The notes under the pieces: generated by a model | Database searches by the model: none | What the model was told of the DNA's origin: nothing | Seen by the model: only the letters and a program-made list of their open reading frames with translations | Program-made: the position numbers and the translations under genes | Shown: positions 56,950 through 64,000 of the stretch, piece by piece | How the letters are laid out: each line of letters opens with the position of its first letter | Numbering within the stretch: the stretch's first letter is position 1 | Assembly (NCBI GenBank): GCA_005885035.1 | Contig: VAXZ01000117.1 | Span: 30,992 to 94,991 of the forward strand | Reading direction: 5' to 3' | Length of the DNA stretch: 64,000 nt | From: Actinomycetota bacterium | GTDB taxonomy: Bacteria; Actinomycetota; UBA4738; HRBIN12

Positions 56950-58158
56950 ATGACGCGATCCGCACCGCGGGCATCCCGCGACGCTCCCCACGTCCTCATC
57001 GTCGGTGGTGGCGGCACCGGGGGAGCGCTCGCCCACGACCTGACGTTGCGCGGCGTCCGGATCACGCTGGTCGAGCGGGGCGAATTCACCTCCGGGACCA
57101 CGGGTCGTCACCACGGACTCCTCCACTCCGGCGCTCGCTACGCGGTGAGCGACCGCGAGTCCGCGATCGAATGCATCGAGGAGAACGCGATCCTGCGCTC
57201 GATCTGCCCGGGATCGTTCGAAGAGAACGATGGGCTGTTCGTCGCCATCACCGACGAAGACATGGACTACTACGACGACTTCGTCGAAGGGTGCAAGGCA
57301 TGCGGGATCCCGATCGAGGAGCTCGCCCCGCAGGAGGCCCTCCGGATGGAGCCGCTGCTCAACCCGGGGCTGAAAGCTGCGGTCCGGGTCCCCGACGCAA
57401 CGATGGACGCGATGCGGATGCCGCTGCGGTTCTTCGCCACCGCCAAACACCGCGGCGCGACGCTCTACAACTTCATGGAGGTGCTCGACCTCGTCATCGA
57501 CGGCGGTGCCGTCACGGGCGCGACGGTCCGTGACCTCGTGACCGGCTCCGAAGGCGACCTCCACGCGGATCTCGTGGTGAACGCGACGGGTCCCTGGTCG
57601 GAGAAGATCGCCCGCATGGCGGGGGTCGACGTCCCGATCAGTCCATCGCCGGGCGTGATGCTCGCCCTGCGAGGTCGCCTCTGCAACATGGTGATCAACC
57701 GGATGCATCGATCCGGTGACGGTGACATCGTCGTCCCGCAACGAGGCCTGTCGGTCGTCGGGACCAGCTCGTGGACGGTCGAGGACCCGGACGAACTCGA
57801 CGTCCCGGAGGATCACGTGGCCCGGATGCGGGAGGAAGGATCGAAGCTGATCCCGGCCATCGCCCAGGCTGTGTCGCGGGCCGCGTGGTCGGCCGCTCGC
57901 CCATTGATCGGCGCGAAGGACGCGGACTCCGGGCGCGAGCTCTCCAGGACGTTCAAGACGATCGATCACGTCGAGGACGGCGTCGAGGGGTTCGTGACGA
58001 TCACCGGCGGCAAGGCGACGACCCTCCGCGGGATGGCCGAGCTATGCGGCGACGTGATCTGCCGGAAGCTCGGCATCGACCGCCCCTGCAGCACGCGGAG
58101 CGTCACCACGCTCCCCCACACGGCGTTCTACGCGGAGACCGAGCGGAGACTGGCGTGA
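56950..58158 (+). CDS. glpA: GlpA-type FAD-dependent glycerol-3-phosphate dehydrogenase flavoprotein, lacking the C-terminal BFD [2Fe-2S] domain
   Basis: 402 aa. VLIVGGGGTGGALAHDL...TSGTTGRHHGLLHSGARYAVSDRESAIECIEEN...ITGGKATTLRGMAELCGDVICRKLGIDRPCST is colinear with E. coli GlpA residues about 1-400, from memory. The protein ends about 25 aa after the RPC(S/T)T block. Confidence 0.85.
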   Translation: MTRSAPRASRDAPHVLIVGGGGTGGALAHDLTLRGVRITLVERGEFTSGTTGRHHGLLHSGARYAVSDRESAIECIEENAILRSICPGSFEENDGLFVAITDEDMDYYDDFVEGCKACGIPIEELAPQEALRMEPLLNPGLKAAVRVPDATMDAMRMPLRFFATAKHRGATLYNFMEVLDLVIDGGAVTGATVRDLVTGSEGDLHADLVVNATGPWSEKIARMAGVDVPISPSPGVMLALRGRLCNMVINRMHRSGDGDIVVPQRGLSVVGTSSWTVEDPDELDVPEDHVARMREEGSKLIPAIAQAVSRAAWSAARPLIGAKDADSGRELSRTFKTIDHVEDGVEGFVTITGGKATTLRGMAELCGDVICRKLGIDRPCSTRSVTTLPHTAFYAETERRLA

Positions 58159-58889
58159 GCGCGGCCGACCCCCTCCCGACGACCCGGAGGTTCCGCGTCT
58201 ACCGCTACAAGCGGGGGGACCCGGGATGGCGATTCGACCCCTTCGAGGTACCGGTCGGCCCCCGGACGACGGTGCTCGATGCGCTGCGGTGGATCCAGCT
58301 GCACCGCGACCGGACGCTCGCGCTCCGGCATTCGTGCTTCCACGCCTCGTGCGGCACGTGCGGGATGCAGGTGAACGGTCGTGAGGCCCTCGCGTGCGTC
58401 ACGCTCGCCGACCCCCTCGGGTCGACGATCACCGTGGAACCGCTCGCCAACATCCCCGTCCTCACCGACCTCGTCGTGGACATGGGTCAGGTGTTCGCAC
58501 GGTTCCCGGACGAGATCGGCACGGTCCGGATGAGCGAGAAGCCCTCACGTGCCTCCCCGCCCGACGGGATCGATACGTACGAACGGTTCGAGGATTGCAT
58601 CGAATGCGGGCTCTGCCTGTCGGCGTGCCCCGTCTCCGCCACCTCCGACGCGTACGTGGGGCCGGCAGCACTGGCGGCGGCTCAGCGTCTGCTCGAGGAA
58701 CCGCGCGGCGTGGATCCGGAACGGATCTTGGACTGGGCGGGCGATCCGGCGGGCGCCTGGCGCTGTCATGTCGCGTTCGAATGCACCGAGGCCTGTCCCT
58801 CCAACGTCCGCCCCGCCGAGCGGATCATGGCGCTCCGCGGCGCGCTCGCGGCCGGCCGCCGGACCGTGGCGACGGTGACCCCGGGATGA
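58155..58889 (+). CDS. succinate dehydrogenase/fumarate reductase-type iron-sulfur subunit (SdhB/FrdB-like)
   Basis: 244 aa. The GTG start overlaps the glpA-like stop (GTGA). The 2Fe-2S motif is SCFHASCGTCG...C, the 4Fe-4S motif is CIECGLCLSACP and the 3Fe-4S motif is CHVAFECTEACP. Confidence 0.85.
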   Translation: MSAADPLPTTRRFRVYRYKRGDPGWRFDPFEVPVGPRTTVLDALRWIQLHRDRTLALRHSCFHASCGTCGMQVNGREALACVTLADPLGSTITVEPLANIPVLTDLVVDMGQVFARFPDEIGTVRMSEKPSRASPPDGIDTYERFEDCIECGLCLSACPVSATSDAYVGPAALAAAQRLLEEPRGVDPERILDWAGDPAGAWRCHVAFECTEACPSNVRPAERIMALRGALAAGRRTVATVTPG

Positions 58890-59323
58890 GCGGTCAGGAG
58901 CTCCCGGGAACGGAGCGCCGAGATGACCAGGGACCGGTGTTGCGCAAGGGCGTGGGGATCCCGACGTCCGGCTGGTTCGATCCGCGCGGACGGGCGCTCG
59001 GTGGGTTCGCGTTCGCGGTCAACCGGGTGACGGGGCTCGGGCTCGTCGCGTACCTGTACCTGCACCTCGCTGTGTTGTCGATGCTGCTTCGCGGCGGATC
59101 GGCGTGGAGCGGGTTCCTCCGGCTCGCGACCAGCTGGCTCTTCCTGTCGCTCGACGTCCTGCTGATCTTCGGGATCCTGTATCACGGTCTGAACGGGATC
59201 CGCGTCGCGCTCGTCGGAAGCGGCATCGTCGCTGACCGGCAGAAGGCGCTGTGGTGGGCGCTCGGCGTGATCGGCACGCTCGCACTGGCGTTCAGCGCGA
59301 TCCATATCTACGGGAGCCGCTGA
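58886..59323 (+). CDS. SdhC-like membrane anchor / cytochrome b subunit (3 TM)
   Basis: The ATG overlaps the upstream stop (ATGA). There are three hydrophobic helices. SdhC-like motifs are present (NRVTGLGLVAYLYLHL; YHGLNGIRVAL). Confidence 0.7.
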   Translation: MSGQELPGTERRDDQGPVLRKGVGIPTSGWFDPRGRALGGFAFAVNRVTGLGLVAYLYLHLAVLSMLLRGGSAWSGFLRLATSWLFLSLDVLLIFGILYHGLNGIRVALVGSGIVADRQKALWWALGVIGTLALAFSAIHIYGSR

Positions 59324-59324
59324 G

Positions 59325-59723
59325 ATGGCCACCATCCGCACGCGTGGGACCGCTCGGCGACGCTCGGCGCGTGCGCCGAGATCCGCCGGCGAGTGGCGGA
59401 TCACGACGCTCACCGGCCTCGGGCTCCTGGTCCTCCTCGCTGTCCACATGGTTGCGAACCATTTCGTGGTGAAGTCGATCGGCGGTCTCCGCGACTATCG
59501 GCAGGTGCTCGCGTACATCGCGAACCCGGTGATCTTCACGATCGAGTCCCTGTTCCTGCTGTTCGTCACGGTCCACGCGATGCTGGGCCTCCGGAGCGTC
59601 CTGCTCGACCTCGATCCCTCACCGCGTCTGCATCGATGGATCGACCGCGGGCTCGCCGTGCTCGGACTGGTGACGCTCGCGTACGGATACTTCCTGATCG
59701 GGACGCTCGCGTCCCGGGCCTGA
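59325..59723 (+). CDS. SdhD-like membrane anchor subunit (3 TM)
   Basis: 132 aa, starting 1 nt after the SdhC-like stop. Three helices with conserved-looking His residues are present (LLAVHMVANH; FVTVHAMLGL). Confidence 0.65.
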   Translation: MATIRTRGTARRRSARAPRSAGEWRITTLTGLGLLVLLAVHMVANHFVVKSIGGLRDYRQVLAYIANPVIFTIESLFLLFVTVHAMLGLRSVLLDLDPSPRLHRWIDRGLAVLGLVTLAYGYFLIGTLASRA

Positions 59724-59736
59724 GGATCTGAGAGCC

Positions 59737-62208
59737 GTGGTCGGACTCGTCCTGGTCTCGCACAGCCACGAGGTGGCCGAGGGCGTCGCGGCGCTCGCGC
59801 GTCAGATGGGAGGTGCGGACCTGCCGGTCGCGACGGCCGGCGGCCTGGAGGCGACGGGCGAGGAACACCCTGTCGGGACCGACGCAGCCCGGATCGTCGC
59901 TGCGCTGGAGCAGGCGTGGTCTGAGGACGGCGTCCTCGTGCTGATGGATCTGGGGAGCGCGGTCCTGTCCGCGGAGATGGCGCTCGAGTTCCTCGATCCG
60001 GATCGTCGCGGGAAGGTGCGACTCTCGGGCGCGCCGTTCGTCGAAGGCGCGGTTTCGGCCGCCGTCGCCGCGAAGCTCGGCCGCCCGTTGGACGACGTGG
60101 CCGAGGAAGCGCTCGGCGGACTGGCGGGCAAGGAAGCGCACCTCGGCGCGGGTCCGGCTGCAGCGGACGAGTCCGGCTCGCTGGCCGAGCAACCCGCCGG
60201 GCCCGAGGTGAGGCTCCCGATCGTGATCGACCTCCCCCACGGGCTCCATGCCCGTCCTGCCGCGAGGCTGGTGCAGACCGCCGGCGCCTTCGATGCCGAC
60301 ATCCGCGTGACGAACGTCACGGCCGGCCGAGGTCCCGTGAGCGCGCGCAGCCTCAACGCGGTCGCCACGCTCGGGGTCACGGTCGGGCAGAGGATCGAGG
60401 TCGTCGCCCGGGGGCCGCAGGCGACGCTCGCGATCGATGCCGTCCGGGCGCTCGCGGATCGCCGCTTCGACGAGGCCCCGGAGGACCTGGCGATCACCGA
60501 ACCGACGCCACCCGAGAGCGCCCCGGCCGTCGAGGGAGCGATCGTCGGCATCCCGGCCTCCCCCGGGATAGCCGTCGGACCCGTGCGTCATCTCCACGTT
60601 CCCGAGCTCGCCGTCCCGGATGGGGCCGCCGGCACGCCGGAGGAGGAGCGCACGCGTCTGGACACGGCGATCGCCGCGGTTCGCGCCGACATCACCCACC
60701 AGCGGGAGGCCGCGATCATGCGCGTCGGCGCGGGCGAGGCGGCGATCTTCGAGGCTCACCTGCTCTTCCTGCAGGATGAGGCGCTCCTCGGCCCTGCGCG
60801 GGACGGCATCCCGGATCGCGGCGCGGCGGCAGCGTGGAGAGATGCCGTCACGGAGCTGGCGACCATCTGGGACGAGCTGGACGATCCCTACCTGCGGGAG
60901 CGAGCCGGCGATCTCAGGAGCGTCGGGCGGCAGGTCCTCGCGAAACTCCTCGGCGTCGAGGCGCCGCACGGCCGGCTCCCCGCCCCCGGGATCCTGGCGA
61001 TCGGCGACCTCGAACCGGCCGACACGATCGCGCTGGACCCCGCCTCCTGTCTCGGCATCGCCGTGGCGCATGGCGGTCCGACCTCGCACGCGGCGGTGCT
61101 GGCCCGCGCGCTGGGGATCCCGGCCGTGGTCGGTCTCGGCGACCGGATCACCGAGCTCGACGAGGAGGTCACGATCGGGCTCGACGGAAGGACTGGGGTC
61201 GTTCACATCGACCCCCCCTCGTCCACGATCGCCGACCTGGAGGCCGAGCGAGCGGAGCAGCTCGACCGCGAACGCTCGGCACGGGCTCGCGCGAGCGAGC
61301 CCGCCGTGATGAAGGACGGACGGCACGTTTCGATCATGGCCAACGTCGGCGGCTCCTCCGACGTCGCGGCCGCACTCGCCGCGGGGTGTGACGGCGTGGG
61401 CTTGTTCCGGAGCGAGTTCCTGTTCCTCGGGCGCGACACGATGCCGAGCGAAGCCGAACAGGAGGAGGCGTATCGAGCTGCGGCCGTCGCACTCAACGGT
61501 CGTCCGCTCACGGTGCGGACGCTCGACGCGGGCGCCGACAAGCCGATCCCCTACCTCGAGCTGCGACCCGAGGCGAACCCGTTCCTCGGCGTGCGAGGGT
61601 TCCGGTTGACGTCTGCGCGGCCCGAGATCTTGCTCGCTCAGCTGCGCGCGCTCGTGCGCGTCGCCGCCGATCACCCGGTCCGGATCATGTTCCCGATGGT
61701 GGCGACGCTCGAGGAGCTCCGGGAGGGGCTCGCGACGGTCGGCGAGGTGGCCGCGAAGTCCGGGACGGCTCCCCCTGAGGTCGGGGTCATGATCGAGATC
61801 CCCGCAGCGGCCCTCGCCGCCCCACATCTGGCACGCGTCGCCGCCTTCTTCTCGGTCGGGACGAACGACCTTACGCAATACACCCTCGCCGCGGATCGCG
61901 GCAACGAGCACCTGGGTGACCTCGCCAACGCCCTCCACCCGAGCGTGCTCCGGTTGATCGCGATGACCGCGGAGGCCGGAGTCGCATCGGGGATCCCGAC
62001 GGCGGTGTGCGGTGAGCTGGCGGCCGACCCTGCCGCGACGTCGTTGCTGCTCGGTCTCGGGGTGGAAGAGCTCTCGGTGAGCCCGCCTGCCATCCCCGCG
62101 GTCAAGGACGCCGTTCGCGTGGTCGACATGGACGGCGCGAACGCGCTCGCGGCGAAGGCGCTCGCCTGCGCGACGGCAGCCGAGGTGCGCGAGCTCCTGA
62201 CGGCCTGA
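59737..62208 (+). CDS. dhaM: multiphosphoryl transfer protein: DhaM (EIIA-Man-like) + HPr + full-length PTS Enzyme I
   Basis: 823 aa. The N-terminus GLVLVSHSHEVAEGV is the DhaM phospho-His region. The HPr His motif is LPHGLHARPAARLV. The EI motifs are GGPTSHAAVLARALGIPAVVG, LFRSEFLF, GTNDLTQY and AVCGELA. Confidence 0.88.
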   Translation: MVGLVLVSHSHEVAEGVAALARQMGGADLPVATAGGLEATGEEHPVGTDAARIVAALEQAWSEDGVLVLMDLGSAVLSAEMALEFLDPDRRGKVRLSGAPFVEGAVSAAVAAKLGRPLDDVAEEALGGLAGKEAHLGAGPAAADESGSLAEQPAGPEVRLPIVIDLPHGLHARPAARLVQTAGAFDADIRVTNVTAGRGPVSARSLNAVATLGVTVGQRIEVVARGPQATLAIDAVRALADRRFDEAPEDLAITEPTPPESAPAVEGAIVGIPASPGIAVGPVRHLHVPELAVPDGAAGTPEEERTRLDTAIAAVRADITHQREAAIMRVGAGEAAIFEAHLLFLQDEALLGPARDGIPDRGAAAAWRDAVTELATIWDELDDPYLRERAGDLRSVGRQVLAKLLGVEAPHGRLPAPGILAIGDLEPADTIALDPASCLGIAVAHGGPTSHAAVLARALGIPAVVGLGDRITELDEEVTIGLDGRTGVVHIDPPSSTIADLEAERAEQLDRERSARARASEPAVMKDGRHVSIMANVGGSSDVAAALAAGCDGVGLFRSEFLFLGRDTMPSEAEQEEAYRAAAVALNGRPLTVRTLDAGADKPIPYLELRPEANPFLGVRGFRLTSARPEILLAQLRALVRVAADHPVRIMFPMVATLEELREGLATVGEVAAKSGTAPPEVGVMIEIPAAALAAPHLARVAAFFSVGTNDLTQYTLAADRGNEHLGDLANALHPSVLRLIAMTAEAGVASGIPTAVCGELAADPAATSLLLGLGVEELSVSPPAIPAVKDAVRVVDMDGANALAAKALACATAAEVRELLTA

Positions 62209-62218
62209 ACGGCGCGCG

Positions 62219-62809
62219 TTGGTACGCTTCAAACGTGTGAGCAGCGCCGACGAACGAGCTGGACGATTCCTCGAGGGCGTCACGTGGTTGCGCGTCATCC
62301 TCACGCCGATCGTGATGGCCCTGGTGCTCCACGGCGGAGACCGGGCCGACGCGACCGCCGCCGGGCTGTTCGCGCTCGCGGCCATCACCGACTTCGTCGA
62401 CGGGCGACTCGCGCGCCGATGGAAGCGGACCTCGCAGCTCGGCGCCTTCCTCGACACCACCGCGGACAAGGTGCTCGTGACGGGCGTCCTGATCGCGCTC
62501 GTCGCGGTCGGCCGGGCATCGGCCTGGGTGGGCTTCGTGATCATCGCGCGCGAGATCGTCGTGTTCGGTCTCAAGGGGGTCGCGAGCTCGGCGGAGGGCT
62601 CGATCGTGAACCCGTCGCGGCTCGGCAAGGCGAAGGCGAACCTCCAGTTCCTCGCGATCTTCGTCGCGATCTGGCGTCCCGACATCCTGGTAGGGGGACG
62701 CTTCGTGGACGAGTGGCTGATGTGGGTGGCTGCGATCATCACCGTCTGGTCCGGCATCGATTACGTCGGCCGGTACGCCGGCGCGTTCACGCGTGTGCGT
62801 GAACGATGA
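62219..62809 (+). CDS. CDP-alcohol phosphatidyltransferase family protein (PgsA-like)
   Basis: The motif is D-x2-DG-x2-AR-x8-G-x3-D-x3-D (ITDFVDGRLARRWKRTSQLGAFLDTTADK). There are several TM helices. The start is TTG 62219 or GTG 62237. Confidence 0.8.
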   Translation: MVRFKRVSSADERAGRFLEGVTWLRVILTPIVMALVLHGGDRADATAAGLFALAAITDFVDGRLARRWKRTSQLGAFLDTTADKVLVTGVLIALVAVGRASAWVGFVIIAREIVVFGLKGVASSAEGSIVNPSRLGKAKANLQFLAIFVAIWRPDILVGGRFVDEWLMWVAAIITVWSGIDYVGRYAGAFTRVRER

Positions 62810-63849
62810 CGGCGTTCGTTACCGGAGGAAGTGGGTTCGTCGGCGGGGCCGTGATCCGGGCGCTGATCGCGCAGGGCGAGCCCGTCCGGGCCCTCGCGCG
62901 CAGCCCCGTCGCGAAGTCGACGGTCATCGATCTGGGAGCCGAGCCCGTCGCCGGTGACCTGATCGATCGATCGGCGCTCGCGGACGCGATGAACGGGTGC
63001 GACGTCGTGTTCCACGTGGCGGGCGTGAACCGCATGTGCCCGCGCGACCCGACCGAGCTCGACGCGATCAACATCGCCGGCGCCGTTACCGCCGTGCACG
63101 CAGCGGCCGACGCCCGGATCGCCCGGCTCGTGCTGACCTCGTCTTCCGCCGCGATCGGCGAGCGGCCCGGCACGCTCGGCACCGAGGACTCGGTGCACCG
63201 AGGACGCTTCCTCTCGCGCTACGAGCGGTCGAAGTACCTCGGCGAGCGGCAGGCGCGTGCGGCGGGCCGGGAGCGAGGGATCGAGGTCGTCACGGTCAAT
63301 CCGTCGTCGGTCCAGGGGCCCGGTCGCACGACGGGGTCCGCGAAGCTGCTGCTGTACGCGGCGCGGGCACGAACCGCGGCCTTGCTCGACACGTCCTTCT
63401 CGATCGTGGACGTCGACGACTGCGCGATCGGACACCTGCTGGCGGCCCGCAACGGGGTCGCCGATCGCCGCTACCTGTTGTCGGGAGCCACGCTCACGAT
63501 GCGCTCGGCTGCCTCGCTGCTTCGGCGGCAGATCGGCCGGCCGCAGCGTGTCGTCTGGATCCCGCGGAGCCTCGTGCGCGCGGTCACCCCGCTCACCGGG
63601 TTCGTCACGCGTTTCCGCGAGGATCCAGCGGTCTGCCCGGCGACGATCCGCTCGCTCCTCCACGGGCACCGGTACGACGGCTCCCGCGCGACGCGCGAGC
63701 TGGGCCTCGTGTACCGATCGCTCGAGGAAACGCTCGAGCGCGTACTCACTTGGTACCGGACGCACGGGATGCTCCCGAAAGCCCACGGCGTAGGATTCCG
63801 GAGCGTCGAACGTCCGGCGGGGCCCGTCGATGGGAGGAACCGAGGATGA
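62806..63849 (+). CDS. NAD-dependent epimerase/dehydratase (extended SDR) family protein
   Basis: 347 aa with a Rossmann motif ([13 protein letters not shown]) and a catalytic YxxxK (YERSK). The start overlaps the upstream stop. Confidence 0.8.
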   Translation: MTAFVTGGSGFVGGAVIRALIAQGEPVRALARSPVAKSTVIDLGAEPVAGDLIDRSALADAMNGCDVVFHVAGVNRMCPRDPTELDAINIAGAVTAVHAAADARIARLVLTSSSAAIGERPGTLGTEDSVHRGRFLSRYERSKYLGERQARAAGRERGIEVVTVNPSSVQGPGRTTGSAKLLLYAARARTAALLDTSFSIVDVDDCAIGHLLAARNGVADRRYLLSGATLTMRSAASLLRRQIGRPQRVVWIPRSLVRAVTPLTGFVTRFREDPAVCPATIRSLLHGHRYDGSRATRELGLVYRSLEETLERVLTWYRTHGMLPKAHGVGFRSVERPAGPVDGRNRG

Positions 63850-64000
63850 CCGAGCGACCCGACCGAAACCTCGCGATGGAGCTGGTCCGCGTGACCGAGG
63901 CGGCGGCGCTCGCCGCCGGCCGATGGATCGGACACGGTGACAAGAACGCCGCCGACCAGGCCGCGGTGGATGCGATGCGGCTGATGATCGACACGGTGTC
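63846..64000 (+). CDS. glpX: class II fructose-1,6-bisphosphatase GlpX, N-terminal part (runs off the right edge)
   Basis: ATG at 63846 overlaps the upstream stop (ATGA). The sequence [51 protein letters not shown] matches the GlpX N-terminal consensus ([10 protein letters not shown]...GRGDKNAAD.AAVDAMR). Confidence 0.8.
   Translation, partial: MTERPDRNLAMELVRVTEAAALAAGRWIGHGDKNAADQAAVDAMRLMIDTV

Noticed and set aside
59566-62757. 1063-aa minus-strand ORF, the longest in the window
   Set aside because: It is exactly antisense to the DhaM-HPr-EI and PgsA-like genes, which have clear family motifs. Its translation is Arg/Gly/Asp/Pro-rich low complexity without motifs. Long antisense ORFs are expected in very GC-rich DNA because stop codons are rare.

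Overview
This is a very GC-rich chromosomal segment with strong G/C bias at codon position 3, so long antisense ORFs are common artefacts. It looks actinobacterial: UPF0182 and a PDZ/Lon-like protease sit next to a DUF2342 metalloprotease, there is a glnK-glnD pair and a Ku/LigD pair, and mycothiol-type accessory genes are present (a two-domain GNAT, a PIG-L deacetylase, DinB). I support about 70 protein genes, one tRNA-Met(CAT), an integrase remnant, and several regulatory hairpins and palindromes. No rRNA, CRISPR array or intact mobile element was seen.

Main gene blocks:
- (i) tRNA-Met plus a decayed integrase at the left end.
- (ii) Housekeeping genes: aldehyde dehydrogenase, UPF0182, mreB, moaE, DAHP synthase and upp, plus a BMP-type nucleoside ABC transporter.
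- (iii) A secreted S8 protease and a beta-propeller lipoprotein.
- (iv) A DUF2127 membrane protein, glnK and glnD, with no amtB.
- (v) ku, an HD-GYP protein and ligD.
- (vi) A large glycerol/dihydroxyacetone locus at 50970..62208.

Most interesting observations:
- (a) A GlpA-type flavoprotein is translationally coupled to SdhB/SdhC/SdhD-like subunits in place of GlpB/GlpC. This is a candidate hybrid glycerol-3-phosphate:quinone oxidoreductase.
- (b) A 17-codon leader ORF rich in Tyr, Phe and Trp, followed by a hairpin, lies upstream of the DAHP synthase gene. This is a candidate aromatic-amino-acid attenuator.
- (c) A zinc-ribbon/DUF2127 membrane protein overlaps glnK where amtB would normally be.
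- (d) A small acidic 4x-repeat protein lies between glpK and glpA.
- (e) A second dhaL overlaps an IclR regulator gene.
- (f) Several genes are damaged. ligD (PE domain), a PHP phosphoesterase and glpK each carry an internal deletion of roughly 100-125 nt plus a frameshift. ligD also has an in-frame amber codon, and a DUF72 gene is truncated.

All family calls come from motif and pattern recognition by eye. Start codons are approximate. No database search or RNA folding was run.
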